From contig NC_092382.1 in NCBI RefSeq assembly GCF_030028105.1, positions 100,766,699-100,830,698 on the forward strand: a stretch of 64,000 nucleotides of DNA, read 5' to 3'. How positions within the stretch are numbered: position 1 is the stretch's first letter; every line of letters begins with the position of its first letter. Source of the stretch: Mobula birostris. Its lineage: Eukaryota. Below, one piece after another: positions 47,926 through 60,700 of the stretch. The position numbers and the translations under genes are program-made. The notes beneath the pieces were generated by a model that worked only from the letters and a program-made list of their open reading frames with translations, ran no database searches and had not been told where the DNA came from.

Positions 47926-48849
47926 CCTTTCAATATTCGACGTTTCAATGAGATTCGAACTCACTCTTCTAAACTGCAGCGAGTACAATTCCAGTGCCAT
48001 CAAACGGCTTCTCATACGTTAACCCTTTCATTCCTGTCAATTTCTTTTGGACCCCTCCGCCTTAGCTTCAACTCGGACGCCAGACCGAGAGACTACCTGA
48101 CAGGCAAGCACAGAGAGCGAGAATGGTGAGAGTCAGCCGCTGGAGGGCGCAGGTTTAACGTGACACGGAAAAGATAAAGGTACTTACGAGTTAAGATTTT
48201 AACGCAGGGAGTCGTGAGTGACTGCAAAGCTCTGTCAGGTGAGGGTACTAGAAGCAGATCAGACAGGCACAGAATAGTGTTTTAATCAGTGGGATCCTGA
48301 ATACGGATACATAATTCCGTGACATCACAGGTAAATAGGGAATAAAATAAACCTTTGGCAGATACAGGTCTAGTTTTCATATTAACCATGGTGACCTTTT
48401 CTGCGCCTGCGCACTCCGTCTTTCCGGGGCCAAAGTTGAGAACTAAGTGCCGGATGGGTCCGAGGGTAAATGTCTGCGGAAGAATAGATTCAAGCCCTTT
48501 CGCGAGAGTAAATCTATGAGCCTAACACCAGCAAAGTCTCAAGAAATCGAATTATCATTCTTTTATTACCGTTGAAACTACAGGATGGAGCCTGCAAGCT
48601 CAGCTTTCTGATCTTCTCCTACATCTTGGCGTTCTGGAGCTAAACAATGAACTCATCCAAGATTAAAGAAAGAGAAGAACTGACTCTTGGGCTAAAGAAT
48701 AATCTAGCCCAAGATTAAAGAAAGAGACCGACGTCGACCCGGCCCCCTAGGAAAGAAAGAGAAGAAAGCAAAGGTTGGCAAGGTGTGTGCATATTACCAA
48801 CATGCGGCAGGAGTTGATTGGACTGTAATTAGAGAGTGAGTGATTAGTT

Positions 48850-49140
48850 GATGTCATTGCCGAATCTCTTTTGGTCCAGAAAAAAATAAATTACCCCTGA
48901 CATCTCCTCTGTACCTCCTTCCAAGCAACTTAAGACTGCGCCCTCTGGTGTTAGCCGTTTCAGCCCTCGGGAAAAGCCTCTGACTATCCACAAGATCAAT
49001 GCCTCTCATCATCTTATACACCTCTATCAGGTCACCTCTCATCTTCCGCCGGTCCAAGGAGAAAAGGCCGAGTTCACTCAATCCGTTTTCATAAGGCATA
49101 CTCCCCAATCCAGGCAGCATGCTTGTGAATCTCCTCTGTA
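48850..49140 (-). mobile_element. CR1 LINE 3' fragment
   Basis: ORF 48854-49120. Confidence 0.85.
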
Positions 49141-49786
49141 CTCTCTCTATAGTATTCAGATCCTTCCTCTCTGGTATCGGCTTAGTTCTGCCAAGATTCA
49201 GTGAAACTCTTGCCCTGCATACTGATCATTGAGGTGGAATAAGGGAAAACAACGATAATACAGAATAATGTTTCAACGTGCAATTTCGGTCCGTTCAAGT
49301 TTCAAAAGTCTTGGGATGCGCAGACAATGCAGGGAGTCCGAATCTTTAACCCCAACCCCCGAGTAAAAATTCACACAACACCTTGATGACGTGGATGAGA
49401 AATTGGACGGGTGGGTGGGTATGTTTCCTGATGACACAAAGTTTGGGGGTGTTATGGATAGTCTGGAGGGTTGTCAGAGCTTACAGCGGGACATCGATAG
49501 GTTGCAAAACTGGACTGAGAAGCGGCAGATGGAGTTCAACCCAGGTAAGTGTAAAGTGGTTCATTTCTGTAGGTCAAATTTGAAGACAGGATATCATATA
49601 TATGTTAAGGCTCCTGATAATGTGGACTGTACATGAGTCAATAGTTCTGGAACAGAGAATAGGAGAGCCCAGGAAAATAGTACCTTCGGCCCATCTTGTT
49701 CGTGCCAACAAATCGTCCGGATCATGTGACAGCAACGAAGGAAGATCCCAGCTGTGATCTGCACTGCTTAGGCCAAGAGAGCGGAG

Positions 49787-50060
49787 CACCGTTGGCCGCA
49801 GGGAGGCGGTTCTACAAGGCGCGGATCATGCGACTGCAACGGAGTTAGACTCCAGCTTTGACGATCACGTGCAGCTCTGAACTCGGGATTCTTAGGCCGA
49901 GAGAGTGAAACTGCCCCAGTGTAACGGTCTTTCCACAATAAAAACATTCCCTCACAGTTTTCCTGCCATCGGCGAACAACCAACGTCGGGACCTGGAAAT
50001 TGAACATGTCGCACACACTCGGTGCCGTGATATGCTGAAAGCTTTTTCTCTGTCACGATT
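49787..50060 (-). pseudogene. TRBV: Degenerate TCR beta V pseudogene
   Basis: ORF 49768-50016 reads CDMFNFQVPTL..RR...EGMFLL....GAVSLSRP..EFRAARDRQSWSL...SHD, a V-domain pattern that has lost the FR2 Trp and the YYC. A CAACGGTG heptamer-like motif follows at 49794-49787. Confidence 0.55.
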
Positions 50061-50383
50061 CACCTGTGATCTATCTGTATTCTACCTCACTGTTCCGTGC
50101 CCACCCGTTNNNNNNNNNNNNNNNNNNNNNNNNNNNNNNNNNNNNNNNNNNNNNNNNNNNNNNNNNNNNNNNNNNNNNNNNNNNNNNNNNNNNNNNNNNN
50201 NNNNNNNNNNNNNNNNNNNNNNNNNNNNNNNNNNNNNNNNNNNNNNNNNNNNNNNNNNNCTGCGCAGATGTCCCGGGCTGGAGGCTTGGGCGGCGTGGGA
50301 GGGGGTGGTGGGCGGTGGGGGCGGTGTTGAGGGGAGATGGGGAGTGCGTGTGTCATTGAGAGAGAAAGTGAGTGAGTGTGTGC

Positions 50384-50436
<53 letters not shown>

Positions 50437-51754
50437 TACGTATGTGAGAGAGATCAAGGGAATAAGGGAGTTATGTGTTATGGAAAAAGAAGAGAAGATC
50501 AGTAGAGGGAAATATTAGATTTGATTAGGTTATGAGGGCAAGCGGTCCTCTTTTATTGTTATTTAGTAATGCATGCGTTAAGAAATGATACAGTATTCCT
50601 CCGGTGTGATATCACAGAAACACAGGACAGAGCAAGACTGAAAAACTAACAAAAACACATAATTATAACATATAGTTACAACAGTGCAACAATACTATAA
50701 CTTGACGAAGAACAGGCCATGGTACAGTAAAAAAGTGCAAAGTTTCTCGGAAGTCCCAATCTCACGCAAACGGGAGAAGGATGAAAACTCTCCCTGCCAT
50801 GCCCGACCACACTCCGACTCTGAGTCGTCCGAAAACTTCGAGCTGCGGTTAGCCCTCCGACACCGAGTACCGAGCACCATCTCTGCCGAACGCTCCGACC
50901 GCAGCCTCGGTCGCCAGCAGCAGGCAAAGCCGGGGATTTTGGGGCCTTCCTCCGGAGTTTCTCGATTGCACAGCAGCAGCGGCTGGAAACAACTTTCCTG
51001 CCTCTATCTTATCTGTCCCTTTCATAATTTCACATATTACTATATTATCTGTCTGTGATCTACACAGGTTTGTGCGAAAGTCTTAGGCTCGTGTCAGCAC
51101 AAATTCTAATCTCACTGAATGGCGGAGCATCTCGATTGGCCTGTTTCTATTTTTAATGTTCTATTGAATAAATAACCTACCAGTTAATTTCTTTTATATA
51201 TATACATAAAACTGCAGTTTTAAAGGCATAGGGTGGTCACGCCAAATATTGATTTCATTTTAAAGTTTACCGCTCTTAATAGTAATTTTATTTTTAGATT
51301 CAGAAACGTTTCCTTTCATTGCTTTTTTTGTTTTATAGAATTCGTCCTTTCACGGGCCTAAGACTTTGGCACAGTCCTATTTCCGTCACAGACAGCATGG
51401 GTGTCAACGTAGGTGGGCTCCTGTCAGAGGCCCACAAGTCCCGGACCTCCAGCCGGAGACAGTCCCATCGACTGTGAGACATCGGAGCAGGATAAGGCCG
51501 AGCGGCCCGTCGAGTCTGTTCCGCCGTTCCATCATGGCTGATTTACTATCCCTCTCGACCCCGTTCTCCAGACTTCTTCCTGTAACCTTTGACCAATGAA
51601 GAAACAATCAACCTCCGAATTTAAATGCACCGAAGACTTGGCCTCCACATACGTCTGTGTCAATGAATTCGACAGATTCACCCACCCTTCAGCTAAAGAA
51701 ATTCCTCCTCATCTCCGTCCTAAATGGACGTCCCACTATTTTCAGGCTGTGAAC

Positions 51755-54700
51755 TCTGATGCTACAATCCCCCACTGCAGGAAACATCCTCTCCACATCC
51801 ACTCTATCTGTGTCCTCTGGTTCTAGACTCTCCCCACTACAGGAAACATCCTCTCCACATCCACTCTATCTGTGTCCTCTGGTCCTCGACTCCCCCACCA
51901 TAGGAAACATCCTCTCCACATCCCCTCTATCTGTGTCCTCTGGTTCCAGACTCCACCACTGTAGGAAACATCCTCTCCACATCCACTCTATCAGTGTCCT
52001 CTAGTCCCAGACTAGCCCACTATAGAAAACAGCCTCTCCACATCCACTCTATCTGTATCCTCTGGTTCTAGACTCTCCCCACTACAGGAAACATCCTCTC
52101 CACATCCACTCTATCTGTGTCCTCTGGTCCTAGACTCCCCCTCTACAGGAAACATCCTCTCCACTTCCACTCTATCTGTTTCCTCTGGTCCCAGACTCCC
52201 CCACTATAGGAAACATCCTCTCCACATCCACTCTATCTGTGTCCTCTGGTTCTAGACTCTTCCCACTACAGGAAACATCCTCTCCACATCCACTCTATCT
52301 GTGTCCTCTGGTCCTCGACTCCCCCACCATAGGAAACATCCTCTCCACATCCCCTCTATCTGTGTCCTCTGGTCCCAGACTCCCCCACTGTAGGAAACAT
52401 CCTCTCCACATCCACTCTATCTGTGTCCTCTGGTCCCAGACTAGCCCACTATAGGAAAAATCCTCTCCACATCCACTCTATCTGTATCCTCTGGTTCTAG
52501 ACTCTCCCCACTACAGGAAACATCCTCTCCACATCCACTCTATCTATGTCCTCTGGTCCTAGACTCCCCCACTACGGGAAGAATCGTCTCCACATCCCCT
52601 CTATCTGTGTCTTCTGGTCCTAGACTCCCCCACCACAGGAAACATCCCCTCTACATCCACTCTATATGTGCCCTCTGGTCCTAGATACCCCACTACAGGA
52701 ACCATGCTCTCCACATCCACTCTATCTGTGTCCTCTGGTCCTAGACTCCCCCTAGTACAGGAAACATCCTCTCCGCATCCACTCTATCTGTGCCCTCTGA
52801 TACCAGTATCCCCCACTACAGGAACCATCCTCTCCACATCCAACCTATCTGCGTCCTCTGGCCCTAGACTCATCCGACTACAAGAAACATCCTCTCCACA
52901 TCCACTCTATCTGTGTCCTCTGGTCCTAGACTCCCCCTCTACAGGAAACATCCTCTCCACTTCCACTCTATCTGTTTCCTCTGGTCCCAGACTCCTCCAC
53001 TATAGGAAACATCCTATCCACATCCACTCTATCTGTGTCCTCTGGTCCCAGACTTCCCCGACTACAGGAAACATCCTCCCCACATCCACTCTATCTGAGT
53101 CCTCTGGTCCGAGACTCCCCCAGTACAGGAAACATCCTCTCCAAATCCACTCTACCTGTGTCCTCTGGTCTTAGACTCCCCCCACTACAGCAATCATCCT
53201 CTCCGCATCCACTCTATCTGTGCCCTCTGGTCCTGGACTCCCCCACGACAGGAAACATCCTCTCCTCATCCACTCTATCTGTGTCCTCCGGTCCTAGACT
53301 CCCCCACTACAGGAAACGTCGTCTCCACATCCACTCTATCTGTGTCCTCTGGTCCTAGACTCACCACTACAGGAAACATCGCCTCCACATCCACTCTATC
53401 TGAGTCCTCTGGTCCTAGACTCCCCCACCACAGGAAACATCCCCTCTACATCCACTCTATATGTGCCCTCTGGTCCTAGGTTCCCCCACTACAGGAACCA
53501 TGCTCTCCACATCCACTCTATCTGTGTCCTCTGGTCCTAGACTCCCCCAAGTACAGGAAACATCCTCTCCGCATCCACTCTATCTGGGCCCTCTGATACC
53601 AGAATCCCCCACTACAGGAAACATCCTCTCCACATCCAATCTATCTGCGTCCTCTGGTCCTAGACTCCGCCGACTACAGGAAACATCCCCTCTACATCCA
53701 CTCTATCTGTGTCCTCTGGTCCTAGATTCCCCCACAACAGGAACCATCCTCTGCACATCCACTCTATCTGTGTCCGCTGGTCCCAGACTCCCCCACGACA
53801 GGAAACATCCCCTCTCATCCACTCCATCTGTGCCCTCTGATACAGAATCCCCCACTACAGGAAACATCCTCTCCGCATCCTCTCTATCTGAGTCCTCTGG
53901 TCCGAGACTCCCCCAGTACAGGAAACATCCTCTCCAAATCCACTCTACCTGTGTCCTCTGGTCTTAGACTCCCCCCACTACAGCAAACATCCTCTCCGCA
54001 TCCACTCTATCTGTGCCCTCTGATACCAGACTCCCGCACTACAGGAAACATCCTCTCGGCATCCACTCTACCTTTGTCGTCTGGTCCGAGGCTCCCCCAC
54101 TACAGGAAACATCCTCTCCGCATCCACTCTATCTGTGTCCTCTGGTCCTAGACTCCCCCACTACAGGAAACATTCTCTCCACATCCACACCATCTGAGTT
54201 TTCTGGTTCTAAACTCCCCCCAACTATAGGAATCATCCTCTCCACATCCACTCTATCTGTGTCCTCTGGTCCTAGACTGCCCCCACTATAGGAAACATCC
54301 TTTCCACATCCACTCTATCTGTGTCCTCTGGTCCTAGACTCCCCCACAATAGGAAACATCCTCTCCACATCCACTCTATCTGTGCCCTCTGGTCCGAGAC
54401 TCCCCTCCACTACAGGAAACAACCTCTCCACATCCTCTCTATCTGTGTCCTCTTGTCCTAGACTCCCCACTACAGTAAACATCCTCTCCACATCGACTCC
54501 ATCTCTGTCCTGTAGTCCTAGATTCCACCACTATAGGAACCATCCTCTCCAAATCCATACTATCTGTGTCCTCTGGTCCAAGACTCCCCCACTACAAGAA
54601 ACATCCTTTCCACATCCACTCTATCTGTGTCCTCTAGTCCTAGACTTCCCCATAATAGGAAACATCCTCTCCACATCCACTCTATCTGTGTCCTCTGGAC

Positions 54701-57700
54701 CTAGACTCCCCCACTACAGGAAACACCCCCTCCACATCCACTCTATCTGTGTCCTCTGGTCCCAGACTCCCCCACTACAGGAAACATCCTCTCCACATCC
54801 AATCTATCTGTGTCCTCTGGTCCTAGACTCCGCCGACTACAGGAAACATCCTCTCCACATCCACTCTATCTGTGTCCTCTGGTCCTAGATTCCCCAACCA
54901 TAGTAAACATCCTCTCCACGTCCTCTCTAACTGTGTCCTTTGGTCCTAGATTCCCCACTACAGTAAACATCATCTCCACATCCACACCATCTGTGTCCTC
55001 TGGTCCTAGACTCCCACAGTACAGGAAACATCCTCTCCAAATCCACTCTACCTGTGTCCTCTGGTCTTAGACTCCCCCCACTACAGGAAACTTCCTCTCC
55101 GCATCCACTCTATCTGAGCCCTCTGATACCAGACTCCCGCACTACAGGAAACATCCTCTCGGCATCCACTCTACCTTTGTCCTCTGGTCCGAGGCTCCCC
55201 AACTACAGGAAACATCCTCTCCGCATCCACTCTATCTGTGTCCTCTGGTCCTAGACACCCCACTACAGGAAACATCCTCTCCACATCCACACTATCTGAG
55301 TTTTCTGGTTCTAAACTCCCCCCAACTATAGGAATCACCCTCTCCACATCCACTCTATCTGTGTCCTCTGGTCCCAGACTCCCCCCTACTATAGGAAACA
55401 TCCTCTCCAAATCCATACTAACTGTGTCCTCTGGACCTAGCCTCCCCCACCATAGGAAACATCCTCTCCACATCTACTCTATCTGTGTCCTCTGGTCCCA
55501 GACTCCCCCACTACAAGAAACATGCTCTCCACATCCAATCTATCTGTGTCCTCTGGTCCTAGACTTCCCCGACTACAGGAAACAACCTCTCCACATCCTC
55601 TCTATCTGTGTCCTCTTGTCCTAGACTCCCCACTACAGTAAACATCCTCTCCACATCGACTCCATCTCTGTCCTGTAGTCCTAGATTCCACCACTATAGG
55701 AACCATCCTCTCCAAATCCATACTATCTGTGTCCTCTGGTCCAAGACTCCCCCACTACAAGAAACATCCTTTCCACATCCACTCTATCTGTGTCCTCTAG
55801 TCCTAGACTTCCCCATAATAGGAAACATCCTCTCCACATCCACTCTATCTGTGTCCTCTGGACCTAGACTCCCCCACTACAGGAAACACCCCCTCCACAT
55901 CCACTCTATCTGTGTCCTCTGGTCCCAGACTCCCCCACTACAGGAAACATCCTCTCCACATCCAATCTATCTGTGTCCTCTGGTCCTAGACTCCGCCGAC
56001 TACAGGAAACATCCTCTCCACATCCACTCTATCTGTGTCCTCTGGTCCTAGATTCCCCAACCATAGTAAACATCCTCTCCACGTCCTCTCTAACTGTGTC
56101 CTTTGGTCCTAGATTCCCCACTACAGTAAACATCATCTCCACATCCACACCATCTGTGTCCTCTGGTCCTAGACTCCCACAGTACAGGAAACATCCTCTC
56201 CAAATCCACTCTACCTGTGTCCTCTGGTCTTAGACTCCCCCCACTACAGGAAACTTCCTCTCCGCATCCACTCTATCTGAGCCCTCTGATACCAGACTCC
56301 CGCACTACAGGAAACATCCTCTCGGCATCCACTCTACCTTTGTCCTCTGGTCCGAGGCTCCCCAACTACAGGAAACATCCTCTCCGCATCCACTCTATCT
56401 GTGTCCTCTGGTCCTAGACACCCCACTACAGGAAACATCCTCTCCACATCCACACTATCTGAGTTTTCTGGTTCTAAACTCCCCCCAACTATAGGAATCA
56501 CCCTCTCCACATCCACTCTATCTGTGTCCTCTGGTCCCAGACTCCCCCCTACTATAGGAAACATCCTCTCCAAATCCATACTAACTGTGTCCTCTGGACC
56601 TAGCCTCCCCCACCATAGGAAACATCCTCTCCACATCTACTCTATCTGTGTCCTCTGGTCCCAGACTCCCCCACTACAAGAAACATGCTCTCCACATCCA
56701 ATCTATCTGTGTCCTCTGGTCCTAGACTTCCCCGACTACAGGAAACATCCTCCCCACATCCACTCTATCTGTGTCCTCTGGACCTAGACTCCCCAACTAC
56801 ACGAAACATCCCCTCCACATCCACTCTATCTGTGTCCTCTGGTTCCAGACTCCCCTACTGCAGGAAACATCCTCTCCACATCCAATCTATCTGTGTCCTC
56901 TGGTCCTAGACTCCGCCGACTACAGGAAACATCCTCTCCACATCCACTCTTTCTGTGTCCTCTAGTCCTAGACTCCCCCACCATAGTAAACATCCTCTCC
57001 ACGTCCTCTCTAACTGTGTCCTTTGGTCCTAGATTCCCCACTACAGTAAACATCCTCTCCACATCCACTCTATCTGTGTCCTCTGGTCCTAGACTCCCCG
57101 ACTACTGGAAACATTGTCTCCACATCCCCTCTATCTGTGTCCTCTGGTCCTAGACTCCCCCACCACAGGAAACATCCCCTCTACATCCACTCTATCTGTG
57201 CCCTCTGGTCCTAGATTTGCCCACTACATGAACCATGCTCTCCACATCCACTCTATCTGTGTCCTCTGGTCCTAGACTCCCCCACTACTGGAAAAATCGT
57301 CTCCACATCCCCTCTATCTGTGTCCTCTGGTCCTAGACTCCCCACTACAGGAAACATCCTCTCCGCATCCACTCCATCTGTGCCCTCTGATACCAGAATC
57401 CCCCACTACAGGTAACATCCTCTCCACATCCAATCTATCTGCGTCCTCAGGTCCTAGATTCCCCCACTACAGGAACCATTCTCTGCACATTCACTCTATC
57501 TGTGTCCGCTGGTCCTAGACTCCCCCACTACAGGAAACATCCCCTCTCATCCACTCTATCTGTGCCCTCTGATACAGAATCTCCCAAGACAGGAAACATC
57601 CTCTCCGCATCCTCTCTATCTGTGTCCTCTGGTCCGAGACTCCTCCAGTACAGGAAACATCCTCTCCAAATCCACTCTACCTGTGTCCTCTGGTCATAGA

Positions 57701-60700
57701 CTCCCCCCACTACAGGAAACATCCTCTCCACATCCACTCTATCTGAGTTTTCTGGTCCTAAACTCCCCCCAACTATAGGAAACATCCTCTCCACATCCAC
57801 TCTATCTGTGTCCTCTGGTCCTAGACTCCCCCCCACTATAGGAAACGTCGTCTCCACATCCACTCTATCTGTGTCCTCTGGTCCTAGACTCCCCGCTACA
57901 GGAAACATCCTCTCCGCATCCACTCTATCTTTGCCCTCTGATACCAGAATCCCCCACTACAGGAAACATCCTCTCCACATCCAATCTATCTGCGTCCTCT
58001 GGTCCTAGTTTCCCCCACTACAGGAACCATCCTCTGCACATCCACTCTATCTGTGTCCGCTGGTCCTAGATTCCACCACTATAGGAACCATCCTCTCCAA
58101 ATCCATACTAACTGTGTCCTCTGGACCTAGCCTCCCCCACCATAGGAAACATCCTCTCCACATCTACTCTATCTGTGTCCTCTGGTCCCAGACTCCCCCA
58201 CTACAAGAAACATCCTCTCCACATCCAATCTATCTGTGTCCTCTGGTCCTAGACTTCCCCGACTACTGGAAACATCCTCCCCACATCCACTCTGTCTGTT
58301 TCCTCTGGACCTAGACTCCCCCACTACAGGAAACATCCCCTCCACATCCACTCTATCTGTGTCCTCTGGTCCTAGACTACCCCACCATAGTAAACATCCT
58401 CTCCACGTCCTCTCTAACTGTGTCCTTTGGTCCAAGATTCCCCACTACAGAAAACATCCTCTCCACATCCACACCATCTGTGCCCTCTGGTCCTAGACTC
58501 CCCCACTACCGGAAACGTCGTCTCCACATCCACTCTATCTGTGTCCTCTGGTCCTAGACTCCCCCACTACAGGAAACATCGTCTCCACATCCCCTCTATC
58601 TGTGTCCTCTGGTCCAAGACTCCCCCACCACAGGAAACATCCCCTCTACATCCGCTCTATCTGTGCCCTCTGGTCCTAGTTTCCCCCACTACAGGAACCA
58701 TCCTCTGCACATCCACTCTATCTGTGTCCGCTGGTCCTAGATTCCACCACTATAGGAACCATCCTCTCCAAATCCATACTAACTGTGTCCTCTGGACCTA
58801 GCCTCCCCCACCATAGGAAACATCCTCTCCACATCTACTCTATCTGTGTCCTCTGGTCCCAGACTCCCCCACTACAAGAAACATCCTCTCCACATCCAAT
58901 CTATCTGTGTCCTCTGGTCCTAGACCTCCCCGACTACAGGAAACATCCTCCCCACATCCAATCTGCCTGTTTCCTCTGGACCTAGACTCCCCCACTACAG
59001 GAAACATCCCCTCCACATCCACTCTATCTGTGTCCTCTGGTCCTAGACTCCCCCACCATAGTAAACATCCTCTCCACGTCCTCTCTAACTGTGTCCTTTG
59101 GTCCAAGATTCCCCACTACAGAAAACATCCTCTCCACATCCACACCATCTGTGCCCTCTGGTCCTAGACTCCCCCACTACAGGAAACGTCGTCTCCACAT
59201 CCACTCTATCTGTGTCCTCTGGTCCTAGACTCCCCCACTACAGGAAACATCGTCTCCACATCCCCTCTATCTGTGTCCTCTGGTCCAAGACTCCCCCACC
59301 ACAGGAAACATCCCCTCTACATCCGCTCTATCTGTGCCCTCTGGTCCTAGATTCCCCCACTACATGAACCATTCTCTCCACATCCACTCTATCTGTGTCC
59401 TCTGGTCCTCGACTCCCCCCAGTACAGGAAACATCCTCTCCGCATCCACTCTATCTGTGCACTCTGATACCTGAATCCCCCACTACAGAAAATATCCTCT
59501 CCACATCCAATCTATCTGCGTCCTCTGGTCCTAGACTCCGCCGACTACAGGAAACATCCCCTCTACATCCACTCTATCTGTGTCCTCTGGTTCTAGATTC
59601 CCCCACTACAGGAACCATCCTCTGCACATCCACTCTATCTGTGTCCGCTGGTCCTAGGCTCCCCCACTACAGGAAACATCCCCTCTCATCCACTCTATCT
59701 GTGCCCTCTGATACAGAATCCCCCACTACAGGAAATATCCTCTCCACATCTTCCCTATCTGTGTCCTCTGGTCCGAGACTCCCCCAGTACAGGAAACATC
59801 CACTCCAAATCCACTCTACCTGTGTCCTCTGGTCTTAGACTCCCCCCACTACAGGAAACATCCTCGCCGCATCCACTCTATCTGTGCCCTCTGATACCAG
59901 ACTCCCGCACTACAGGAAACATCCTCTCGGCATCCACTCTACCTATGTGCTCTGGTCCGAGACTCCCCCACTACAGGAAACATCCTCTCCACGTCCTCTC
60001 TAACTGTGTCCTTTGGTCCTAAACTCCACACTACAGTAAACATCCTCTCCACATCCACTCCATCTGTGTCCTGTAGTCCTAGATTCCACCACTATAGGAA
60101 CCATCCTCTCCAAATCCATACTAACTGTGTCCTCTGGACCTAGCCTCCCCCACCATAGGAAACATCCTCTCCACATCTACTCTATCTGTGTCCTCTGGTC
60201 CCAGACTTCCCCACTACAAGAAAAATCCTCTCCACATCCAATCTATCTGTGTCCTCTGGTCCTAGACTCCCCTCCACTACAGGAAACCTCCTCTCCACAT
60301 CTACTCTATCTGTGTCCTCTGGTCCCAGACTCCCCCACTACAAGAAACATCATCTCATGTTCAATCTATCTGTGTCCTCTGGTCCTAGACTTCCCCGACT
60401 ACAGGAAACATCCTCTCCACATCCACTCTATCTGTGTCCTCTGGTCCTAGACTCCCCCTCCATAGGAAACATCCTCTCCACATCCACTCTATCTGTGCCC
60501 TCTGGTCCTAGACTCCCCTCCACTACAGGAAACATCCTCTCCACATCTACTCTATCTGTGTCCTTTGGTCCTAGATTCCCCACTACAGTAAACATCCTCT
60601 CCACATCCACACCATCTGTGTCTTCTGGTCCTAGACTTCCCCACTACAGGAAACGTCGTCTCCACATCCACTCTATCTGTGTCCTCTGGTCCTAGACTCC

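Noticed and set aside
49690-49735. DDLLA peptide as the upstream PEX5 exon
   Set aside because: It is on the wrong strand, runs into a CR1 tail, and has no further similarity.
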